Below, in pieces: positions 17,595 to 25,381 of a stretch of 34,986 bases of DNA; the stretch's first letter is position 1, and each line of letters begins with the position of its first letter. The notes under the pieces are model-generated. The model saw nothing but the letters and a program-made list of their open reading frames with translations, was not told where the DNA came from and ran no database searches. This DNA comes from Bacillales bacterium (GTDB taxonomy: Bacteria > Bacillota_I > Bacilli_A > RF39 > UBA660): NCBI GenBank assembly GCA_016291995.1, contig JAEEZV010000022.1, positions 1-34,986 on the forward strand, written 5' to 3'. The translations under genes were made by a program, and so were the position numbers.

Positions 17595-19571
17595 TTACTG
17601 TACTATAAGTTTAGTACCCATTATATGATTCTTTATCGCTATATAATCAGCTGATGATATATCACCACTTTTATTTGCGTCAGCACTTTGTACGCTAACT
17701 CCGCTCAACTTTTTAGTACCCATTATATGATTCTTTATCGCTATATAATCAACAGAACTAATTAATCCGTCACCATTTACATCACCATAAATGATAAGTG
17801 TATATGTTTTTTCTTCTCTACTTGTTTTAATATTGATTACATCACCTGTTGCAATAATACCATTATTCTTAAGTTCCCCATCTTTATTCTTATATGTTAC
17901 TGTTGCCTTAGGTTCCTTATCCGTAATACTTTTAATAATTGCTGCGGCATCAGTACCGGTTTTATATCCATATACATATGTTCCGTCATTCTTTATTCCT
18001 AAGACTCTTAATATTTCCGCAATATCAAGTGCTTCTTCAACAGCATTCCTTTTAATAGTTAATACATATGTCCTTTTATCTCCATTTTCGGCAGTTACTA
18101 CAATACTTATTTCCTCTTGATCATTTTCAAGTGAAATACTTCCTGTACCACTAACTGTTGATCTATTACTTACTTTACTAGCTGCAATTTCTACTGTTTT
18201 AGTACTTGCATCTAAATTAAGATCATATTTTGTCTTAGAACTAGCCTTTTGGAATAAATAACTACCATTTACTGATAAACTACTCAAAAAGTTATTTGGG
18301 TTACCAATATTTGGTAAAGATACTTTCTCAGGCATATTTTTATATACTGGTATTGAAAATACAAAATCACTATTTAACATATTAACATTGCTATATGCCC
18401 TATATGTTTTAACTGATTCATTAGCTGGAGCCTCAATATTCTGCATATATTGGTGATTGACCAGAGAGTTTCCTACCATATCCCATTTTTGCAAGTATAA
18501 TGTATCTTGTCCCACAGATACATAATCATTAGCTAGGAAACTTGCTCCCCCAACAATAGCTTTATAATGAGTATTCCAGCCTTGTTCCTTCGCGTGCTTT
18601 AATCCGTTGGCAATCGTTTCAGCACTACCATTTCCAGAAGCTTTAATATTATAAAAGTTGTAATATCCTTCGTATCCAGCCACTGTACCAGATACAATTG
18701 TACTACCCTGAGCTCCCACTTCTTGTATTACTCTAGATATTAAAACATATGGACTAATATTATATTCCGTCGCTGCGTCTAAGAAAGCATCGACATATGT
18801 TTTTTTATTATCAGAATCAGCATATCCTTGCATAAAAGTGCCATTTAACATCTTTGTAACGCCTTCAGCAGTATGATAATTACTATTATAAGATAATGCT
18901 TCATACATAAATACTTGTCTTTCATTTAAAAAGTTACGTGGATCCATATAATAAGCAATTGTTGCTTTATTCGCTGCAAACCAATATGTTCCTCCACCTC
19001 TAAAATCATTTGAAAACGTATCAGTTAAATAATTATATGACCAAGAAGCAGTTGATTTATATCCATCACGACTTCTATTGGTATCTTCAATTAAACTCCA
19101 TCCTTGAGAATATCCATCATATTCTTTCGTTACCATACTATTAAAATCTTGTTTTATGTCATATACTTTGAATGACCAAGTCGGATATTTAACATGTAAT
19201 GTAACTAAATATGGAATATAACTATCCGGAAATCCTAAAGCTTTTAAATAATCACTATATTCTTCATAATCAGCCATATTTATTTCAGGTATTTCTTCTA
19301 TTTTAGTAAATTCACTACATATATAACCTACTGTCCCATTATTACTAGCTTTATACCATAATGTACATCCATTACCGGTACCAGCATTATCAGATATTAA
19401 TGATAATTGCTGTCCACTATTAAACATTGTAATAACAGAGCTTCCTGTCGTAGGTGCACTTCTAAAATTAACATAATCTTCTGTAACAACAATTATTTTT
19501 TCGGCAGATACAGAAAATGAAAAAATAACAAATGAAAAAACAAAGAAAACAAAATATGATATTTTTCTCAT
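17595..19571 (-). CDS. Secreted peptidoglycan hydrolase: SH3b + GH73-like glucosaminidase + cadherin-like + dockerin
   Basis: VNFRSAPTTGS...WYK...GYIC (SH3b); YYMDPRNFL, VIQEVG, YYNFYNI, GQDTLYLQKW, HQYMQNI; NNFLSSLSV...VTAENGDKRTY; duplicated Ca loops GDVNGDGLISSVD / ADANKSGDISSAD. Confidence 0.85.
   Translation of the reverse strand: MRKISYFVFFVFSFVIFSFSVSAEKIIVVTEDYVNFRSAPTTGSSVITMFNSGQQLSLISDNAGTGNGCTLWYKASNNGTVGYICSEFTKIEEIPEINMADYEEYSDYLKALGFPDSYIPYLVTLHVKYPTWSFKVYDIKQDFNSMVTKEYDGYSQGWSLIEDTNRSRDGYKSTASWSYNYLTDTFSNDFRGGGTYWFAANKATIAYYMDPRNFLNERQVFMYEALSYNSNYHTAEGVTKMLNGTFMQGYADSDNKKTYVDAFLDAATEYNISPYVLISRVIQEVGAQGSTIVSGTVAGYEGYYNFYNIKASGNGSAETIANGLKHAKEQGWNTHYKAIVGGASFLANDYVSVGQDTLYLQKWDMVGNSLVNHQYMQNIEAPANESVKTYRAYSNVNMLNSDFVFSIPVYKNMPEKVSLPNIGNPNNFLSSLSVNGSYLFQKASSKTKYDLNLDASTKTVEIAASKVSNRSTVSGTGSISLENDQEEISIVVTAENGDKRTYVLTIKRNAVEEALDIAEILRVLGIKNDGTYVYGYKTGTDAAAIIKSITDKEPKATVTYKNKDGELKNNGIIATGDVINIKTSREEKTYTLIIYGDVNGDGLISSVDYIAIKNHIMGTKKLSGVSVQSADANKSGDISSADYIAIKNHIMGTKLIVQ
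17610..17751. repeat. 40-bp perfect direct repeat (dockerin halves)
   Basis: TTTAGTACCCATTATATGATTCTTTATCGCTATATAATCA at 17610-17649 and 17712-17751, 102-nt period. Confidence 0.9.
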
Positions 19572-19594
19572 TTTGATACACCTACCTTTAGTTA

Positions 19595-19603
19595 ATTATA
19601 TCA
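19595..19603 (-). promoter_or_regulatory. Extended -10 SigA promoter for hydrolase operon
   Basis: TGATATAAT on minus strand about 24 nt upstream of ATG, RBS AGGTAGGTG. Confidence 0.5.
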
Positions 19604-19704
19604 AATGTATATGTTTTTGACTATGAACTAACTAGCACTTTACAAAAATTACTCTCCTACTTGTCATTAATATTATTTTTATATATAATTAAGTTGGTGG
19701 TTAT

Positions 19705-20286
19705 ATGTACACAATTAGTATTGACAACAAAAATGAAATTATCATTAAAAATTCCAAATTTATTGGTCTTATATATAAACTAGATAATGCTGACATAAAT
19801 ACTATATTAGACCATATTAGAAAAGAATATCCGGATGCAACACATTATTGTTATGCCTACATATATGAAAATAGTCAAAAATCAAATGATGATGGTGAAC
19901 CTAGTGGTACTGCAGGAATACCTATTTTAAAAGTATTAGAGGCCAACAATTTAACCAATACTCTAGTTGTTGTAGTTAGATATTTTGGTGGTATTAAACT
20001 AGGTGCCAATGGCCTAATAAGAGCCTATACAAAAGTTACCTCAAATTTAATAAAAGAAACACCTTTAGTTGAATTAATAGATGGCTTTAATTTAGATATC
20101 ACATTTGATTATTCCAAAATTAAAGAAATAGATTATCTCTTAAAAAATGAAAAAATAAATAATAAAACATTTGATAATACCATTACATATAACATATCCA
20201 TAAATAAAGATTTCTTAGACATTATTAAATCAAATAATATTACTTATAAAAATATTAAAGAAATAAAAATAGAAAGAACTATATGA
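19705..20286 (+). CDS. yigZ: YigZ/IMPACT family protein
   Basis: IKNSKFI, DATHYCYAY, DDGEPSGTAG.P, VVRYFGGIKLGANGLIRAY. Confidence 0.93.
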   Translation: MYTISIDNKNEIIIKNSKFIGLIYKLDNADINTILDHIRKEYPDATHYCYAYIYENSQKSNDDGEPSGTAGIPILKVLEANNLTNTLVVVVRYFGGIKLGANGLIRAYTKVTSNLIKETPLVELIDGFNLDITFDYSKIKEIDYLLKNEKINNKTFDNTITYNISINKDFLDIIKSNNITYKNIKEIKIERTI

Positions 20287-20977
20287 TTTTTCTTACTTTA
20301 ACATATAGTTCTTTATTTATATCTTCAATTGTTCTAATTTGTTTATCTTTAACGCAATCGATAACATCATAATCATATATTGCCGATAATTCTAAATAAG
20401 CTTTCTCTCCAAGTTTTAAATATTTTTCATTACGTTCAGTTTCATCTGCTACTTCTTTTCTGTCTTTCTTTAAAATACAAGCATATTCATATGGTAAGTA
20501 TAATAAAATAGTCAAATCTGGACGTGGTAATTCAAGTATATCATATTCCAAAGTTTCAATCTTTTTATAGATATCAAGTCTATCTTGTCTCTTTTCAAGT
20601 AATCCTCCTCTATGAGCCATATTGGAAGTAACATACCTATCGATAATTAAAATATATCCTTCATCAATTAATTGATTCAATTCAGAAAGATGATATCTAC
20701 GATCGGCCGCATAATAAAGTAATGCTGTTAAAGAATCGACATTTCCTCCACCTTCAGGAAAGAAACTATGATCTTCCTTTAATACTTCTTCACACATTGC
20801 CGGTTTTCCTAACAAACATGCCCCAACTATTTTACCCGTTGGACTATCATACCAAGGAAATGATAGTCTTTTTACTTTATATCCTTCCTTTTCTAATTTA
20901 GAAACCAACAAAGTTGTTTGTGTTTCTTTACCAGAGCAATCCGTTCCTTCGATAACTATTATCTTACCTTTTTTCAT
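20279..20977 (-). CDS. tmk: Thymidylate kinase
   Basis: IEGTDCSGKETQ P-loop, YAADR, DRYVTSNMAH, LPRPD. Confidence 0.88.
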   Translation of the reverse strand: MKKGKIIVIEGTDCSGKETQTTLLVSKLEKEGYKVKRLSFPWYDSPTGKIVGACLLGKPAMCEEVLKEDHSFFPEGGGNVDSLTALLYYAADRRYHLSELNQLIDEGYILIIDRYVTSNMAHRGGLLEKRQDRLDIYKKIETLEYDILELPRPDLTILLYLPYEYACILKKDRKEVADETERNEKYLKLGEKAYLELSAIYDYDVIDCVKDKQIRTIEDINKELYVKVRKII

Positions 20978-21022
20978 TCTATCACCATAATAAATATATC
21001 ATATTCATAAATGTTTTGACAA

Positions 21023-21814
21023 CTATTTATCTAAAATATATGATATAAAAATACCTAAAAAGAAAAACACAATCCCAAATATATTAAATTTAATATGTAT
21101 CGTCATAACCATTAAAGTAACTATACTGGCAATTGCTAAACCAAGAATAATTAAATACATTATATTTCTATGTTTTTTTAACAAATAATTAATCAAATAT
21201 ATATTTATAATAAAAGATACTATCATTCCTAATCCATATGAAAAATATATCTTAAAATTACTTATAACATAATTAATATCAAAAACATTAGCTATTATCC
21301 TAAGTACATCATTATAAATACCCATAATCATTAAAAGAGATGATCCACTAATCCCCGGTAAGATCGAAGCAAATATATCAGTATATCCACCAATAAAGAA
21401 AACTATATTGTTATCATTTTTAATATAAGCTGTATGATTAGATACACTAAATGTTAAAAATAAAAACATGAATAAAACAAACAAAATAATGATTATATTT
21501 TTTAAATTATAATTAATTTTCTTACCAAAATTATATGTTCCTCCTAATATTAAACCAATAAAAAATAGCATTGTAACAAATTTAAAATTATTTAAAAAAT
21601 ATAAAAGTATATTACTACATAATACTATAGATAATAATACTCCCCCAAAAAAGATAACAATCGTTTTCAAATTATTTTTCCAATCAGAAAGAAAATCAGT
21701 TAGTGCATCTAATATTCTTTCATAGATATTAAAATTAATAGCTAACAGTGCTCCAGATACTCCAGGCATTATTTTGCCGATACCAACGATAAAACTTTTT
21801 ATAAATAAAAGCAT
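21023..21814 (-). CDS. DUF368 family membrane protein (undecaprenyl-phosphate translocase family)
   Basis: Twin motifs MPGVSGALLA..IYE and LPGISGSSLL..GIY, FFIGLILG, multi-TM. Confidence 0.85.
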   Translation of the reverse strand: MLLFIKSFIVGIGKIMPGVSGALLAINFNIYERILDALTDFLSDWKNNLKTIVIFFGGVLLSIVLCSNILLYFLNNFKFVTMLFFIGLILGGTYNFGKKINYNLKNIIIILFVLFMFLFLTFSVSNHTAYIKNDNNIVFFIGGYTDIFASILPGISGSSLLMIMGIYNDVLRIIANVFDINYVISNFKIYFSYGLGMIVSFIINIYLINYLLKKHRNIMYLIILGLAIASIVTLMVMTIHIKFNIFGIVFFFLGIFISYILDK

Positions 21815-21836
21815 TATATCACCAATAAATAATATG

Positions 21837-21861
21837 AAAAAAAGAGCAATTAATGCTCTTT
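21837..21861 (-). terminator. Intrinsic terminator ending the cohesin operon
   Basis: AAAAAAAGAGCA-attaa-TGCTCTTT. Confidence 0.7.
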
Positions 21862-23056
21862 ATTCAAAACTTTGCATATTCTTTTTATAATAGTACATTG
21901 CAACTCCAAGTGAAGCTATTAAAACTATCGCCATAATAAATGCACTCGTTCCACCAGTACTAGGATTAACTGGTGGCTTTTGACTAGGCGTAGCAGATGA
22001 ACCAGCTTTCTTAACAGTAATCGTATAAGAAACTTGTTCGACTAAATTCTCTTTATGATTTATAGTTATTAATACTTGTCCTTCACCTGATAATACTTTA
22101 GGTGGAACAAAGAATGAAGAAAATTCATAGTTTTCACTATCTTTAAGTGTTGCATCAACTGTATATGAAGAAACATCATCAAGTGTTACTTCATATTCAT
22201 ATTTAGAACTAGATAAAGTAACATTCTTACCACCAACAGTCAAAGTTGCAAGTTCTCCACCTTCTACTTCTTGTGGAACAGGTCTGGCAACATTAAGTGT
22301 ATATATTACTTGGTTATCTCCTTCACCAACATATATCTTAACTTGCATATTTGTTTGACCACTAGGTGGATTAAATTCAATACTACTTGCATTAAGAGTT
22401 GCATCCGTATGACCATTCTTAATAACAATTGTATCATTAGCATTTTTACTAGTAGCAGAAATACCAAATGTAGTCGTAGTTTCACTATCTAGAAGAACAG
22501 CATATCCTGTATCATTATCTAATGATGAGAAAGGCCTACCCAAAGTACCATTAGTAATAGATAAATTCTTAAGACCTTTTTCCGTTTCTACCGGTTCTGA
22601 TCCAGAACCAACTGTAACTGATACTGTTGCATCGCTAACAGAATAATTATCATCCAAATCATAGAATTTAACATCCGTAAGTTTGATAGTTTTACTTCCC
22701 TCACTTATTGAATCAGAAAGTTTAAATTTTATTGATCCAATTTGAAATGATCCATTGGCTGGATTTCCCATATATGGAGCAATTTTATTACCATTAATTG
22801 TCTTACCTTCCCAATTGTCATCAGCAAAAGTAATATTTTGAGAATTAATTTCTATTCCATCAGGTAAATCAAACGTACCAGTTACACCATATATATCAGT
22901 ATCGGTCGTTCCGCTTAAAGAACACGTAATTATATCTCCTGCTTTAGCTTCTGATGGTGAACAACTCATAGATAAAGTACCAGATAATGCATTTACCGTA
23001 ATTGGGAAAAACAACATCAATGAAATTGTCAACAATAACTTTAGTTTATTTCTCAT
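21860..23056 (-). CDS. Sortase-type anchored surface protein: cohesin-like + two cadherin-like domains + NPSTG sorting signal
   Basis: Signal peptide (VNA), CSPSEAKAGDIITC...IGSIKFKL...KTIKLTDVKFYD; LKNLSI and LATLTV cadherin-like starts; NPSTGG-TM-YYYKK. Confidence 0.7.
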   Translation of the reverse strand: MRNKLKLLLTISLMLFFPITVNALSGTLSMSCSPSEAKAGDIITCSLSGTTDTDIYGVTGTFDLPDGIEINSQNITFADDNWEGKTINGNKIAPYMGNPANGSFQIGSIKFKLSDSISEGSKTIKLTDVKFYDLDDNYSVSDATVSVTVGSGSEPVETEKGLKNLSITNGTLGRPFSSLDNDTGYAVLLDSETTTTFGISATSKNANDTIVIKNGHTDATLNASSIEFNPPSGQTNMQVKIYVGEGDNQVIYTLNVARPVPQEVEGGELATLTVGGKNVTLSSSKYEYEVTLDDVSSYTVDATLKDSENYEFSSFFVPPKVLSGEGQVLITINHKENLVEQVSYTITVKKAGSSATPSQKPPVNPSTGGTSAFIMAIVLIASLGVAMYYYKKNMQSFE

Positions 23057-24402
23057 TTTTGCACCTCCAAAGTACTTATCTTTCCAAGTATGAATTGATG
23101 TAATTTAATAACATCACTTAAATCGACATTTCCGTTACCGTTGACTTCACCGGCCGTTAAATAAGCACCAGTAAGATGACTTATATCGATATTGTGTTGA
23201 TGTAATTTAATAACATCACTTAGGTCTACTGTACCACTACCATTTACATCTCCTAGTACAGATAACGTATATTCCAAAGTCTCATCACTAAATGCTATTT
23301 TTAAAACATCGCCTGTCCTAATTTTATCAGAATCGGTAACACTTTGACCTTTTGAATTAGTAATACTAATAGTACCTGATGTATCAAAATAATTTTTAAG
23401 ATTTGCATAACTTGTATTAGCTTTCAATCTTTCAATTGTCATCGTTGTATCATTAACTTTTAAACTCTCATCAATAACAAGTTTTTTACGTTTAAAACTA
23501 TATCTATCAATTTCATTATTATTATACATAATTAATAATTTACAATCATCATTTATTATTGTGTTAGCATCAGTAATTGCCGTACCATTCTTATTTATAA
23601 CCTTAATAGTAACTGTACTACTTGTAATATTTTGACTGATCTCACTATAATACGTATTATCAACATCATTAAGATATATTACTTTATCCATAATTTGATA
23701 ATCGGAATGGAATCTTATAATGTTTATTTCCTTAATTACTGTTCCACTACGCTTAAGTATTAATTTACCATCGCTAATACTATAAGCTATATTAGAATCA
23801 TTCGAACCAAGATTACTTATAATTACAGCATCTTCATCTGATCTAGTATAGATATAATTAGCATCTGCATTATATTCATAAACATCCGTACTAAATTCAT
23901 GCTCTGCCTCAACAGTAACCGTTGCTTCGACATCAGCCAATTCAATCATATTATATTCGTCATCGCATAGTTCAATATTAGTTAATTTAATTTTATAAGT
24001 CTTACCTGCTTCGGCATCATCTGCTATTTTTAGTTTTATTTGACCAACTGTTGTATTTGATGTTACACCAGTAGTTTTAACAATTGCAAATCCTTTAGCT
24101 GAACTAGCATACGTTTCAAAATCACCTTTAGCAGTAAATGACGTATATGTCAACTTTGAATCCAAAGTATAGTTTGCATTTACTGATAAAACTTTAACAT
24201 TTGATATCTTCAAATTAACATCGCATGTAATTATTGCTCCAGGCTCTGCTTCACTAGGTGAACAAGTAAGCGCTACACTACTTGTTGTATCTACACTATA
24301 TGTCCCTTTATTTATCCAAAATACAGACATCAGTATAAATAAACTAGCCACCGAAGCCAAACAAATACTAATTCCTAAATTCTTTCTTATAAAACTTCCC
24401 AT
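23053..24402 (-). CDS. Secreted cohesin-like + dockerin protein (adaptor-scaffoldin-like)
   Basis: N-terminal signal/TM; CSPSEAEPGAIITC...VGQIKLKIADDAEAGKTYKIKLTNIELCD; C-terminal GDVNGSGTVDLSDVIKLHQH / GEVNGNGNVDLSDVIKLHQF. Confidence 0.75.
   Translation of the reverse strand: MGSFIRKNLGISICLASVASLFILMSVFWINKGTYSVDTTSSVALTCSPSEAEPGAIITCDVNLKISNVKVLSVNANYTLDSKLTYTSFTAKGDFETYASSAKGFAIVKTTGVTSNTTVGQIKLKIADDAEAGKTYKIKLTNIELCDDEYNMIELADVEATVTVEAEHEFSTDVYEYNADANYIYTRSDEDAVIISNLGSNDSNIAYSISDGKLILKRSGTVIKEINIIRFHSDYQIMDKVIYLNDVDNTYYSEISQNITSSTVTIKVINKNGTAITDANTIINDDCKLLIMYNNNEIDRYSFKRKKLVIDESLKVNDTTMTIERLKANTSYANLKNYFDTSGTISITNSKGQSVTDSDKIRTGDVLKIAFSDETLEYTLSVLGDVNGSGTVDLSDVIKLHQHNIDISHLTGAYLTAGEVNGNGNVDLSDVIKLHQFILGKISTLEVQK
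23095..23222. repeat. 26-bp perfect direct repeat (dockerin halves)
   Basis: TTGATGTAATTTAATAACATCACTTA at 23095-23120 and 23197-23222, 102-nt period. Confidence 0.85.
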
Positions 24403-24417
24403 ATTCCCTCCATAATG

Positions 24418-25260
24418 TTATTTTTTCTTCATAATCATCCTTAAAACATTAAATATAACTAAGAACACAATAATAGATATTAGAATTTTTTTCATATCAA
24501 TTACATTCTTTTTTTCTACCGTAACTGCCTCTTTTTTAATATTGATAGTATACGTTACCTCATAATCATCTTTACTTACAACAATACTGATAACACTACC
24601 ATCTTTTAAGTTTTTATTACCTTCTATTTTATATGTCGATAAAGCATTACTTAAAATAGGAGTAATAGCAAGTTCATCTTCATTATCTATAGTAAGATCA
24701 TAATTATATACATCTTTATCAAATGCTAAATAATAATTATCGATAATTATATCTTCTAAATATATATCTTCAGTAGCAGCAGGAGTTTCTACCGCAGGCT
24801 GCTCCTTCGTATTACTGCTCACAGTACCATTATTTGATACGCTAGTCTCTTTCATATTAACCGTAACAGATACTGAATCAATCGCTGTATTATCATCAGC
24901 AGTATAAAAAGCAACATCTTTTAGTTCTATTAATCCTGGATTACTACCACTTTTTTTAAATTTAGCAGTTCCAATTTTAAAAGTATTCTTAATTTCATCT
25001 GCCGTATATATTGATACCTTACCATTAGAGCCATATCCATTCCATATTGCATTATGTACGAATGAGACAAACAACAAGCCATCATTTGTAACTATATTAG
25101 TCTCGACACCAGAAATTGCAGAATCAGTACTACCACTGATTTCACAAGTAAATTCTTCCCCATCAAAAGCCTCTTTTGGGCAACTAATAGTAATGCTATC
25201 AGCATACACATGTAATGGGCATAACAATAAAATAAATAATGTCAATATTTTTTTCTTCAT
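24418..25260 (-). CDS. Membrane-anchored surface protein: cohesin-like + cadherin-like + C-terminal TM
   Basis: Signal peptide (VYA), CPKEAFDGEEFTC...IGTAKFKK...IELKDVAFY; YLEDIII...FDKDVYNY...YTINI; TM + KKK. Confidence 0.7.
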   Translation of the reverse strand: MKKKILTLFILLLCPLHVYADSITISCPKEAFDGEEFTCEISGSTDSAISGVETNIVTNDGLLFVSFVHNAIWNGYGSNGKVSIYTADEIKNTFKIGTAKFKKSGSNPGLIELKDVAFYTADDNTAIDSVSVTVNMKETSVSNNGTVSSNTKEQPAVETPAATEDIYLEDIIIDNYYLAFDKDVYNYDLTIDNEDELAITPILSNALSTYKIEGNKNLKDGSVISIVVSKDDYEVTYTINIKKEAVTVEKKNVIDMKKILISIIVFLVIFNVLRMIMKKK

Positions 25261-25315
25261 ATATACCCCTTACTTTTATTCACAGTGCTTATAGCACACT
25301 CCTACTCTCTATAAA

Positions 25316-25344
25316 AGTGTACCATATATTAAAACTTTTTACAA
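25316..25344 (-). promoter_or_regulatory. SigA-type promoter of cohesin operon
   Basis: TTGTAA-17 nt-TACACT with extended TG. Confidence 0.5.
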
Positions 25345-25354
25345 GTATAAAAAC

Positions 25355-25381
25355 AAAAAAAATACACTTGAAGTGTATTTT
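25355..25381 (-). terminator. Intrinsic terminator after lon
   Basis: AAAATACACTT/AAGTGTATTTT inverted repeat with T-run on the minus strand. Confidence 0.65.

Noticed and set aside
17610-17751. Direct repeats as CRISPR array or att sites
   Set aside because: Only two copies, in frame within a dockerin, no cas or integrase gene
15439-18120. ORFs 15439-15696, 16660-16869 and 17791-18120
   Set aside because: Wholly antisense to well-supported genes
25281-25310. Small hairpin GTGCT-tat-AGCAC in the cohesin operon leader
   Set aside because: Too short to assign a function
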